Positions 1 through 7,868 of a stretch of 39,373 nt of DNA are shown here, one piece after another. The position numbers and the translations under genes were made by a program. Every line of letters begins with the position of its first letter. The stretch's first letter is position 1. The notes below the pieces were generated by a model. That model saw only the letters and a list, made by a program, of their open reading frames with translations, had not been told where the DNA came from and did no database searches. The stretch is from a virus (taxonomy: Duplodnaviria > Heunggongvirae > Uroviricota > Caudoviricetes), in IMG/VR virus record IMGVR_UViG_2534681996_000012; one strand, written 5' to 3'.

Positions 1-516
1 ATGAAATTTAAAAAATGTCTTCTGCCTGTGGCAATGTTAGCGTCATTCACTCTGGCAGGATGCCAGTCAAATGCTGATGATCATGCCGCCGATGTTTATC
101 AAACCGATCAACTGAATACCAAACAAGAAACTAAAACCGTTAATATTATTTCCATTCTTCCCGCAAAAGTTGCCGTAGACAACTCCCAAAATAAACGAAA
201 CGCACAAGCCTTCGGCGCGCTTATTGGTGCAGTCGCTGGCGGTGTTATTGGCCACAACGTCGGGTCTGGCAGCAATTCCGGAACGACGGCAGGTGCAGTT
301 GGCGGCGGAGCTGTTGGCGCGGCAGCGGGTTCTATGGTGAATGATAAAACCTTAGTGGAAGGTGTTTCTCTAACGTATAAGGAAGGCACCAAAGTGTATA
401 CCTCCACCCAGGTGGGTAAAGAGTGCCAGTTTACGACAGGTTTAGCCGTTGTTATTACCACGACGTATAACGAAACGCGTATTCAGCCAAATACCAAATG
501 TCCTGAAAAGAGCTAA
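1..516 (+). CDS. Lipoprotein with glycine-zipper (SlyB/YcfJ-like) region
   Basis: N-terminus MKFKKCLLPVAMLASFTLAGCQS carries a lipobox (LAGC); central Gly/Ala-rich stretch GALIGAVAGGVIGHNVGSG; ORF begins at window base 1. Confidence 0.6.
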   Translation: MKFKKCLLPVAMLASFTLAGCQSNADDHAADVYQTDQLNTKQETKTVNIISILPAKVAVDNSQNKRNAQAFGALIGAVAGGVIGHNVGSGSNSGTTAGAVGGGAVGAAAGSMVNDKTLVEGVSLTYKEGTKVYTSTQVGKECQFTTGLAVVITTTYNETRIQPNTKCPEKS

Positions 517-531
517 TGATCAGGAGGAGTC

Positions 532-1071
532 ATGAAGAAAGTTTTTCTTTGCGCCATCTTAGCCTCCTTAAGCTATCCGGCTATCGCCTCATCATTGCAG
601 GATCAACTCTCTGCTGTCGCAGAAGCGGAACAGCAAGGTAAAAATGAAGAGCAAAGGCAGCATGACGAATGGGTCGCGGAGCGCAACAGGGAAATCCAGC
701 AAGAGAAGCAACGTCGCGCAAACGCCCAGGCCGCCGCTAACAAAAGAGCGGCAACGGCAGCGGCAAATAAGAAAGCTCGTCAGGATAAACTGGACGCCGA
801 AGCCTCTGCGGACAAAAAACGCGATCAAAGTTATGAAGATGAGCTACGCAGCTTAGAGATTCAGAAACAAAAACTGGCGCTGGCGAAAGAAGAAGCCCGC
901 GTTAAGCGAGAAAACGAATTTATCGATCAGGAACTGAAGCACAAAGCTGCGCAAACCGATGTGGTGCAATCTGAAGCTGACGCAAACAGGAATATGACTG
1001 AGGGCGGTCGAGATCTGATGAAAAGCGTGGGCAAAGCAGAAGAGAACAAATCGGACAGCTGGTTTAATTAA
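532..1071 (+). CDS. Secreted charged coiled-coil protein, function unknown
   Basis: RBS AGGAGG upstream of ATG; signal-peptide-like N-terminus MKKVFLCAILASLSYPAIAS; K/E/R/A-rich body; followed by intrinsic terminator. Confidence 0.55.
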   Translation: MKKVFLCAILASLSYPAIASSLQDQLSAVAEAEQQGKNEEQRQHDEWVAERNREIQQEKQRRANAQAAANKRAATAAANKKARQDKLDAEASADKKRDQSYEDELRSLEIQKQKLALAKEEARVKRENEFIDQELKHKAAQTDVVQSEADANRNMTEGGRDLMKSVGKAEENKSDSWFN

Positions 1072-1114
1072 TCGATGTAAGTAACTTCAAGCCTATAATT
1101 CTTGAAGATAAAAA

Positions 1115-1141
1115 ACCCTCTGTAGTAACAGAGGGTTTTGT
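1115..1141 (+). terminator. Rho-independent terminator after the 532-1071 gene
   Basis: Stem ACCCTCTG / CAGAGGGT with 6-nt loop followed by TTTTG; preceded by inverted repeat CTTCAAG-N9-CTTGAAG at 1085-1107. Confidence 0.7.
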
Positions 1142-1288
1142 TCATTCATAGTGCAGGGTCAAATTATTCCCACTCAATTATTTACGGATACCATAACCAA
1201 TTGACTGATAACAACTTCCTGCAACATGATTTTCACCGTACCGTTTTATATACCGTCACCGGAAATCAGTACCATGAAAAATGCCATG

Positions 1289-1771
1289 CTATCTTGTCAG
1301 GGTGTCATACTGTTTTTCGCAGACTCTTCCGGCTTCGGCTGCCCGGTCAGCATACTCTGCCAGTTGTCTGTTTCTCTCGAGAGATTTGCTGAGCACGTCG
1401 GCAAGCAAAACTCCGGTGTCTGCGGCTGACGTCCCAGCGCCGACAATGGCGTTATACTGCCTGAGCTGCTCACGGATGGCAAAGAGTTGTTGCTGCAACC
1501 TGCCAGCGCGAGCGGCAGCATCAAGAGCATCATTGCGCGCCTGGTCGATTCTCTGCTGCGCTTCACGTTCATTGGTCACTTTCTCCTGTTCGTAGTACTG
1601 ACGAACTTTGTCTTCTTCGTCTTTGCGGTCTTCTTCCGCCTGCGCATACCCGGCATCGTACTGGCGACTGCCGTGTATATTCCAGGCAACCACTCCGACG
1701 ATGAACAGAGCAGCAAGCATCACCACGATAATCAGTTGTTTCCAATATGCTTTTACGAATGCCCAGATCAT
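1289..1771 (-). CDS. Rz-like i-spanin
   Basis: N-terminal TM segment ([18 protein letters not shown]) then charged coiled-coil; ATG overlaps endolysin stop (ATGA); last gene of lysis cassette. Confidence 0.7.
   Translation of the reverse strand: MIWAFVKAYWKQLIIVVMLAALFIVGVVAWNIHGSRQYDAGYAQAEEDRKDEEDKVRQYYEQEKVTNEREAQQRIDQARNDALDAAARAGRLQQQLFAIREQLRQYNAIVGAGTSAADTGVLLADVLSKSLERNRQLAEYADRAAEAGRVCEKQYDTLTR
1297..1572 (-). CDS. Rz1-like o-spanin lipoprotein embedded in Rz in another frame
   Basis: ATG at 1572 with AGGAG 9 nt upstream; signal peptide [26 protein letters not shown] with lipobox; Pro-rich mature part; lies wholly inside the Rz ORF. Confidence 0.6.
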   Translation of the reverse strand: MNVKRSRESTRRAMMLLMLPLALAGCSNNSLPSVSSSGSITPLSALGRQPQTPEFCLPTCSANLSRETDNWQSMLTGQPKPEESAKNSMTP

Positions 1772-2397
1772 ATAGCCAGCACCTTACTGGCAGTGACGTA
1801 CCGCGAGCGCCGGTCGTCGATGCCGTTCCGGCCACCATTGATAATCAGAGTTACACGTGCAATATCACCGGTATACTTCATGCATCCTTTGCTGGCAAAG
1901 AACCACGCCGCGCTACGAGCCGCGTATTCGTCCTGCGCCAGCAGTTCAGGATTCTCCAGCAGGTCAACTTTCATACCGTTTCCGCAGTCACGATAGTTAT
2001 TCAAACCGGTAATCTGGATAAGCCCGCGCCCACGGTAATTCCAGCCATCGCCGGGAGCATTGTTACCCATGCGTTTGCTGTAAACCAGATTTGCGATCGC
2101 GCGCTGGCGCTCAAGTGGCAATGGTGGTTCACCAGCACGGCGCCCCAGTGCATTAGCCTGTCCCTGGGTGAGGCGTCCAGTCCTGACAAAGCTCGCCAGT
2201 CCGCTGACGCTGTAGTTGAAATTTTCCTGCAACCGGGTGAAGCCTCCAGACTCATGCCCGACCTGAGCAATAAACATTGCCTGATCTTCTGGTTTGCTGA
2301 TATCAAACTCTTTCATCGCAGAAGTTATATGCGAGAACCAGCGTGCGGCCAGCGCCTCGCTAATACCAGCAGCTCGTTGGAATTGTTTAATCTCCAT
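1768..2397 (-). CDS. Endolysin, glycoside hydrolase family 19 (chitinase-like lysozyme)
   Basis: Motifs [12 protein letters not shown] and [12 protein letters not shown] characteristic of GH19 phage endolysins; RBS GAGGT; between holin-like genes and Rz. Confidence 0.8.
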   Translation of the reverse strand: MEIKQFQRAAGISEALAARWFSHITSAMKEFDISKPEDQAMFIAQVGHESGGFTRLQENFNYSVSGLASFVRTGRLTQGQANALGRRAGEPPLPLERQRAIANLVYSKRMGNNAPGDGWNYRGRGLIQITGLNNYRDCGNGMKVDLLENPELLAQDEYAARSAAWFFASKGCMKYTGDIARVTLIINGGRNGIDDRRSRYVTASKVLAI

Positions 2398-2695
2398 GTT
2401 TAGACCTCGTTATTTTGAAAATCTGAACAACGTTACCGCGAGTTTTAATAACCGCAGCTAGCATGACAGCGTTGATAATGACCTCAGATAAATCCACAGC
2501 CATTGGCGTACGTAACCAGATTGCATAGGCGACACGAACAGGAATACTGGCCGCAGCAACAATCAGGAAATAAGCAAGCCATCCTCCCCACCTTCGGTGT
2601 TGAGAGCCGTTACGCCGGAATGTGACAACGCGAATTGCTATGCCAGTGCAAATAACTGCATTGGTGATAAGCAAAAAAAACTCATGCGTTACCAT
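2387..2695 (-). CDS. Small membrane protein, holin/antiholin candidate
   Basis: Three hydrophobic segments and charged C-terminus; ATG 2695 with GGGGAG RBS; overlaps neighbours on both sides. Confidence 0.45.
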   Translation of the reverse strand: MVTHEFFLLITNAVICTGIAIRVVTFRRNGSQHRRWGGWLAYFLIVAAASIPVRVAYAIWLRTPMAVDLSEVIINAVMLAAVIKTRGNVVQIFKITRSKHGD

Positions 2696-3086
2696 CGTCT
2701 TTTCTCCCCGGAATTAACTCGCGTGGATTATCGGAACGGTGATAAAGCCATATACCAATTCGCACAGCGACAATTGACGACACAAATGCGCCAGCAGAGA
2801 AGACGATCCCTTTCTCGAAAGAGTCCTGCGTGATGGTAGGGATCAGGCTGGCTACACCGATAAGGATGGATGCTGTAGGTTTGTAAAAGAGAAGGCCACA
2901 GAGAAAGCTAAGCATCGACAAGAGTACGCGACGACGAATGGGATACTCTACTGCAGAGGTAACAAAAATAACCGCTCCAGCCAAAGACCCCAAAGCAACC
3001 TCAGGAGGTGCTCCTGCTATAACCGCCACCAGAGAACTCATGCTAAGCCACTGATTTAAAGACTCACTGGTTATCTGAACTGACAT
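2682..3086 (-). CDS. Holin candidate
   Basis: ATG at 3086 preceded by GGTGG (track start 3095 is GTG); hydrophobic helices, charged C-terminal tail; first gene of lysis cassette. Confidence 0.55.
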   Translation of the reverse strand: MSVQITSESLNQWLSMSSLVAVIAGAPPEVALGSLAGAVIFVTSAVEYPIRRRVLLSMLSFLCGLLFYKPTASILIGVASLIPTITQDSFEKGIVFSAGAFVSSIVAVRIGIWLYHRSDNPRELIPGRKDDGNA

Positions 3087-3322
3087 AAAAACCACCGTTT
3101 AATGTGCATATGCCCCCCTAATTTAAGGGGTTCATCATACACAATAAACCACATGTGGTTAAACAGGTAATTCATTGTGATACTAATGTTAAACTCATTA
3201 CTGCCGAAAAAGTGTCACTGATTAAAACACGGTAGAGAAATTATTAACGAGTAATTTAGGCATAATTACAATATTTAAGTTATTAATTCACTGATTTAAT
3301 CAGTAAAAGATAGCTATAACAT

Positions 3323-3343
3323 ACCACCTCCCAAGGAGGTGGT
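3323..3343 (-). other. Perfect 9-bp stem-loop 26 nt downstream of tail-spike stop
   Basis: ACCACCTCC-CAA-GGAGGTGGT; on the minus strand followed by a moderately U-rich tract; possible attenuator or RNA-stability element between tail spike and lysis genes. Confidence 0.45.
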
Positions 3344-3368
3344 TTAGGAATAACAATAAAATATGTAC

Positions 3369-5384
3369 TTACGCACTTCGTAATAAATGTTTAGACATAG
3401 CAGCAATACAGAAACAAGATAAGTCAGCGTAATTTACACCATACATATCCGATTCTTTATCATAAGTAACCAGAGAATAGTCTGTAGGGTTAAGATTATA
3501 TTTCTCCATAATCAGCATTACTTCTTGAGCCATACATCCGAAGTGATACTTATCAGATTCTGCATCTGTCCATTTAAACTTTATCATGCTAATGGCTAAT
3601 TCTAGCCCTGCACTATACTCTGCCGTAGATATCTCATACACATCTTTACATCTACCGTCAGATGTTTGTATTACACCATTAGTTGCAAAGACAGTTTGCC
3701 ATCTACGACTAGATTGACCACAAGTTCTTTGATTATCTATCTGGGGGGCAACACTACCATCTATACGCAAATAGTTATCTTCCGCTTGTGCGCCTCCCAT
3801 AACACCTTCTAAAAAAGGCAATCCTTTGTGATTATTTACAATGAATTTATTGGAGGTATCTTCTGATATTCCGGTGCCAGCATCTGGACCTATAAAAATA
3901 TTACCATTTCCAGTTGGTAATTTTCTTCCTGCTCTTGCTCCTATCATAACATTCAGGTCACCTGAGGATAGGGAATTGAGAGCATCAACACCAATTGCTG
4001 TATTAAAATTACCTGTGAGAGTCCCAGTGTATGGGTTCTTAGTTGATGATACTCCTCGCAATGCTCCATTACCTATAGCTGTGTTATGATCACCTTGCTT
4101 TAACTCCCTACCAGCTGCATTACCAATAAGGGTATTTCCATTACATTTATCATACCCAAGACGTACACCTTGAGGGTCTGTGTAGATGCCAGTACGCATT
4201 CCTGCAGAGCGTCCTATTGCAACATTAGCTTCTCCAGAATGGAGTTGCTGCAAAGCTGACATACCAACTGCAACATTGAACCTACCATCCTTACACTCGT
4301 TTAGCGCATCCCTGCCAATACCAATCATGTTATTTCCAGTGGTGGCTTTCTTCAAAGCATTAATACCTATACTGATAATCTCTGTTCCAGAAAATGGCGA
4401 CTTATCTGTAAGATCATCTTCTAGAGTATCTCCTGACAAACCACCCACACCAACCACGATTGTGTTAGTGCCGCTAGTTATGTTGCGACCAGAACTTGGT
4501 CCAAGCAAAACCAATTGATTACCTTTACCAGAGTCAGTGTAATTTTTTGCGGCATCATAACCTAAAATAAGGTTGCTATGAGACTGAGCTACATTGGTAA
4601 ACGGAATTCGTTCCGCTCCTGTCTCTTTAATTATTTTTCCTGGGCCATAAAATCTTCCATTAATATCTTCCGGCAATAAATACGTGCCATCAGGAACATA
4701 AACACCTTGTGGCGAAGCAGATGCCGCGGCAATGAAAGCATCTGTATCATTTGTGACTCCATCACCTTTAGCGCCAAAGTCAAGAACACTGACAGTATCC
4801 CGCATCTTATCCTGAAACGTTCTATATACCGCGCCTGAACCATACTGAATAAACCAACCAAAACCACCAACAACCCCGGCGATTGCAGCATCGACATAAT
4901 TACGCATTGAGCGATTATTTACAGCGTCCTGCTCAAGTGATGGATCTGCAAGGTTAGAAATTCTGTTTTGCTTTGCATCGTAATATTTTGCAAGCAAAGA
5001 TGGTTTCATCAATGCACGTCTGAACCACCCAAAACATTGCTGGATCAGCATCGTCAGGTAGTCAAAGGCATCTTCATGCACTTCGGGGAAAAACTTTCCC
5101 TGATTGCGAAGGTCTGTCTCCTGCACTACATCAAGCACACGATCTATCGTAATTCGCCATCCAGCAGCAAGCGGCGACGGAAGAACAACAGAACCGCCAC
5201 TATAAGTGCCCGCCCCAGTTACCGTATAACCGGTATCCAGAACCAATTCTGTTACGTTCCCGTTCAGGTCAGACACCTGAACAACCAGGTCGGATTTTTT
5301 GAAAATACGGAAGGTATACGGAAATGATGTCGTAACGCCGTTACCTGTGTATTCGTTGTGGTCAACTTCGGTTGAGACCGTCAT
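3369..5384 (-). CDS. Tail spike/fibre: T7 gp17-like N-terminal adaptor, beta-helix depolymerase-like centre, C-terminal intramolecular chaperone (peptidase S74-like)
   Basis: N-terminus MTVSTEVDHNEYTGNGVTTSFPYTFRIF...LVVQV resembles T7 tail-fibre N-terminal domain; VLDFGAKGDGVTNDTDAF beta-helix signature; C-terminal region resembles autoproteolytic chaperone domains; RBS GGAG. Confidence 0.8.
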   Translation of the reverse strand: MTVSTEVDHNEYTGNGVTTSFPYTFRIFKKSDLVVQVSDLNGNVTELVLDTGYTVTGAGTYSGGSVVLPSPLAAGWRITIDRVLDVVQETDLRNQGKFFPEVHEDAFDYLTMLIQQCFGWFRRALMKPSLLAKYYDAKQNRISNLADPSLEQDAVNNRSMRNYVDAAIAGVVGGFGWFIQYGSGAVYRTFQDKMRDTVSVLDFGAKGDGVTNDTDAFIAAASASPQGVYVPDGTYLLPEDINGRFYGPGKIIKETGAERIPFTNVAQSHSNLILGYDAAKNYTDSGKGNQLVLLGPSSGRNITSGTNTIVVGVGGLSGDTLEDDLTDKSPFSGTEIISIGINALKKATTGNNMIGIGRDALNECKDGRFNVAVGMSALQQLHSGEANVAIGRSAGMRTGIYTDPQGVRLGYDKCNGNTLIGNAAGRELKQGDHNTAIGNGALRGVSSTKNPYTGTLTGNFNTAIGVDALNSLSSGDLNVMIGARAGRKLPTGNGNIFIGPDAGTGISEDTSNKFIVNNHKGLPFLEGVMGGAQAEDNYLRIDGSVAPQIDNQRTCGQSSRRWQTVFATNGVIQTSDGRCKDVYEISTAEYSAGLELAISMIKFKWTDAESDKYHFGCMAQEVMLIMEKYNLNPTDYSLVTYDKESDMYGVNYADLSCFCIAAMSKHLLRSA

Positions 5385-5488
5385 GTTAAATCTCCAGATA
5401 GTCGCAGCACCCGTTGCGCCGCATATCTGGTTATTCTATTACCTGAAAAACCACATATGGATAGAAATACTGTGAATATAAATAGATA

Positions 5489-5503
5489 TTACCTTTTAGG
5501 TAA
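5489..5503. promoter_or_regulatory. Operator-like palindrome TTACC-TTTTA-GGTAA in the tail-spike/accessory divergent region
   Basis: Perfect half-sites; 38 nt upstream of the LexA box. Confidence 0.5.
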
Positions 5504-5540
5504 TTTGCAAAACGTGCTGGATAGCAAACAAATTATTTGA

Positions 5541-5560
5541 TACTGTATAAATATACAGTT
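5541..5560 (+). promoter_or_regulatory. LexA (SOS) box
   Basis: TACTGTATAAATATACAGTT matches CTGT-N8-ACAG consensus with AT-rich centre (18/20 to TACTGTATATATATACAGTA); about 20 nt upstream of the 5581 ATG; degenerate half-box at 5470-5485. Confidence 0.8.
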
Positions 5561-5580
5561 ATTGCATGGAGAAGATTAAG

Positions 5581-5838
5581 ATGCAGCAGTATCACTATCC
5601 ACTGGAAGACGGATTTACCGAAAGGATTCACACGCCGGGAGGCGTCAAGTCACTGGTGGAGGGATCGCACTTGATGAAATTACTCCGGGATCTCGATAAG
5701 GATGGATTTAATGTCGATGGCCCACTTGCCGAACTGACTGCACTGATTAACTACGTCACCAGCTCACAGATGTCTATGCAGGATCTGCAAACACATCTCG
5801 ACTATTGTGCCGAACAATTACGAAAACAAACCAGATAA
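5581..5838 (+). CDS. Small protein sharing a C-terminal domain with the downstream Bro-N antirepressor; antirepressor-like regulator candidate
   Basis: ATG 5581 with GGAG 9 nt upstream (track start 5566 lacks RBS); IHTPGGVKSLVEGSHLMKLL...DLQTHLDYCAEQ aligns with IHSPSGVLGLTENSLLMNLL...DIQTHAEYIND of the 6152-6838 product. Confidence 0.55.
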   Translation: MQQYHYPLEDGFTERIHTPGGVKSLVEGSHLMKLLRDLDKDGFNVDGPLAELTALINYVTSSQMSMQDLQTHLDYCAEQLRKQTR

Positions 5839-5869
5839 GGTTTGCAATTGCCAAGTGGAGTGCTTATAT

Positions 5870-5884
5870 TTACCTTTGCGGTAA
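5870..5884. promoter_or_regulatory. Operator-like palindrome TTACC-TTTGC-GGTAA between the small LexA-controlled gene and the antirepressor
   Basis: Perfect half-sites; followed by hairpins and a weak terminator. Confidence 0.5.
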
Positions 5885-5978
5885 ATTTACATCGCACTCC
5901 TCTTGTGCCATAGTAATCGGGCACTGGCAAAATCCAGTGCCGGGATTGGCGTCCCGAGTTACTACAGAGGCACATATG

Positions 5979-5998
5979 CCGCATAAGCGGTTTTTTTT
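5979..5998 (+). terminator. Weak intrinsic terminator (short stem plus T8)
   Basis: CCGC-ATAA-GCGG followed by eight T; sits between the small LexA-controlled gene and the antirepressor. Confidence 0.45.
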
Positions 5999-6151
5999 AT
6001 GTGTAAAGCGCACCTATTCTATGGTGGGCTGTGTGGGGGCACCGAAAGGTGCGCCGGGTCCTTTGTAGCCGGTTACGCCAACCCTGCACAGTTCACCACC
6101 AACCGATTGGCGTCGGTAGTGGTGATTAACCTAACTACAAAGGTGATCACT

Positions 6152-6838
6152 ATGACTGCTAACGTAACCCCATCTGTTTTTCATTTTGAATCAGAAGCAA
6201 CCATTCGAGCCATTGTTATTGATGGAAATCCTTGGTTTGTTGCCAAAGACGTTATTAAAGCTCTTCAACTGACAAACCCCACTATGTCAATAAAATCTCT
6301 TGATGATGATGAAAGGGCTAAATTTAACTTAGGCCGTCAAGGCGAAACCAATATTATCAACGAGTCAGGCCTCTACACACTGATCCTCCGCTGCCGCGAT
6401 GCAGTAACACCAGGCACTATCCCCTACCGCTTTCGCAAATGGGTTACAGGTGAGGTACTTCCTCAGATCCGCCGCACCGGAAGTTACATTAAAAACTCGC
6501 TCCCGCAGGAAGAACGCATAAAGATGGTTGCCGACCAGGTAGCCAACGCCACGGCGTCAGCAGTGATGCAGGCAATGAAGATAGAGAACAAAACCTACAG
6601 CGCCCCGCTGAAGCCCGGCTACCGCAGCCTGATTCATTCTCCGTCTGGTGTTCTCGGCCTGACGGAGAACTCACTGCTGATGAATCTGCTGAACCAGTTA
6701 CAGGACGACGGGCACGACGTATCGGGCGCGGCGGCGGAGCTGACCACCATGTTCTGTTACATCGTTGGTGTGAGCAAATGCCTGCGTGATATCCAGACCC
6801 ACGCGGAGTACATCAACGACAAGGCAGGGTTCTTCTGA
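6152..6838 (+). CDS. Bro-N domain antirepressor-like protein
   Basis: N-terminal IRAIVIDGNPWFVAKDV...ESGLYTLILRC...FRKWVTGEVLPQIRRTGSY is a Bro-N signature; ATG 6152 with AAGGTGA 5 nt upstream; track extension to 5999 spans a terminator and is rejected. Confidence 0.75.
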   Translation: MTANVTPSVFHFESEATIRAIVIDGNPWFVAKDVIKALQLTNPTMSIKSLDDDERAKFNLGRQGETNIINESGLYTLILRCRDAVTPGTIPYRFRKWVTGEVLPQIRRTGSYIKNSLPQEERIKMVADQVANATASAVMQAMKIENKTYSAPLKPGYRSLIHSPSGVLGLTENSLLMNLLNQLQDDGHDVSGAAAELTTMFCYIVGVSKCLRDIQTHAEYINDKAGFF

Positions 6839-6847
6839 CGGGCGGCG

Positions 6848-6870
6848 GCACAGGGATGTGCCTTTAAAAT
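6848..6870 (+). terminator. Stem-loop after antirepressor gene
   Basis: GGCACA-GGGA-TGTGCC followed by TTTAAAAT. Confidence 0.4.
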
Positions 6871-6904
6871 AATCATTGGCGATGTGATGTAGATTCGCGT
6901 AATA

Positions 6905-6919
6905 TTACCTTAAAGGTAA
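6905..6919. promoter_or_regulatory. Operator-like palindrome TTACC-TTAAA-GGTAA upstream of the toxin/antitoxin-like pair
   Basis: Perfect half-sites, 43 nt upstream of the 6962 ATG. Confidence 0.5.
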
Positions 6920-6961
6920 ACCTGTTTTTATTTTATACCTGTAACTTACCGGAGATTAAAG

Positions 6962-7288
6962 ATGACAAAACTTGGATTCGTGATGAGAGGTCCGGTAAGA
7001 AGCGGAACTCATGCAAAGCGTAGCAAGAGTCGTATTTTTACTGGTAAGGTTGTAGCACGTAAATCAGCTATTGGCTCGTTCAATAGTGAAAATGCGGCAT
7101 TGCGCCATATTTTTATCAGCACAAAGCCAAGAGCATCCGCTGATGTGCATACAATGACTATTCCTATCACAAAGAATATAAAGCGGATAAAAAAGCTCTC
7201 ATCTGCAGAATCAAAAGAGATATCTTTCCGCCAGCTTAACTCATTAGAAACGCATATGAAGGAAGAGGAATTCGATGTTTTTGAGTGA
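6962..7288 (+). CDS. Basic small protein with acidic C-terminal tail; antitoxin candidate
   Basis: GGAG RBS; K/R-rich N-terminal half; C-terminus ...LETHMKEEEFDVFE; stop lies 12 nt after the downstream gene's ATG. Confidence 0.4.
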   Translation: MTKLGFVMRGPVRSGTHAKRSKSRIFTGKVVARKSAIGSFNSENAALRHIFISTKPRASADVHTMTIPITKNIKRIKKLSSAESKEISFRQLNSLETHMKEEEFDVFE

Positions 7289-7787
7289 GTATAGCGGGAA
7301 GGTTATACCTACTGGTGAGTTTAAAACTGATGACTTTCTGATTTCGCTAAAAGATGCTTTTAAACAACACTGGCGTCATGGTCATCATCCTGATCTGGGA
7401 AAAGATACTCTTTTTGAAAGACCAGACGAAGTATTAGGTTTCCATCTCAGAAAGGTTCATGTCAATATTGGTGAATATGCATCATATTCATACTCATGTA
7501 CTGAACAGTGTTGGGATGAGTGGTCATATGGATTGATTGATGAACAAGGAAATTACAGGCCAAAACCAACCAGTAACGCATATCTCATATATGCAGTCAA
7601 TGAAATAAGAGATGCAGCCTTACTAGCTTATTGGGACCCGCCCGCACACACCAAAGCTAACGCAAAAGTTTGGATGGATTCCGTATTGAATTTCACAAAA
7701 TTATTTCATGAACGAACGAATACAGCTCCACTTAGTAGAAATGTTTATCCGTGGGATTATTCGTACAAATCCAAAAAGCCTGCATAG
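7275..7787 (+). CDS. YafO-like toxin candidate (ribosome-dependent mRNA interferase family)
   Basis: Blocks DDFLISLKD, PDLGKDTLFERPD, FHLRKVHVNIG, AYLIYAV and ALLAYWDPPAH resemble the YafO signature as I recall it; GAGGAA RBS; AT-rich. Confidence 0.45.
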   Translation: MFLSEYSGKVIPTGEFKTDDFLISLKDAFKQHWRHGHHPDLGKDTLFERPDEVLGFHLRKVHVNIGEYASYSYSCTEQCWDEWSYGLIDEQGNYRPKPTSNAYLIYAVNEIRDAALLAYWDPPAHTKANAKVWMDSVLNFTKLFHERTNTAPLSRNVYPWDYSYKSKKPA

Positions 7788-7868
7788 TAGTTTTTTATGG
7801 ACGAAACAAAAGTCAGTGCTACACTCATTGACGCCACATTGAGGTGGATTATAGATGGAAATTTCACA

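Noticed and set aside
5999-6151. N-terminal extension of the antirepressor ORF given in the track
   Set aside because: Extension begins inside a T8 terminator and spans hairpins; ATG 6152 has a well-spaced AAGGTGA RBS and marks the start of the Bro-N domain
7797-7868. Upstream ATG (7797) for the small secreted peptide
   Set aside because: Would bury the signal peptide 24 residues inside the protein and lies upstream of the predicted promoter; ATG 7869 is preferred, with low confidence
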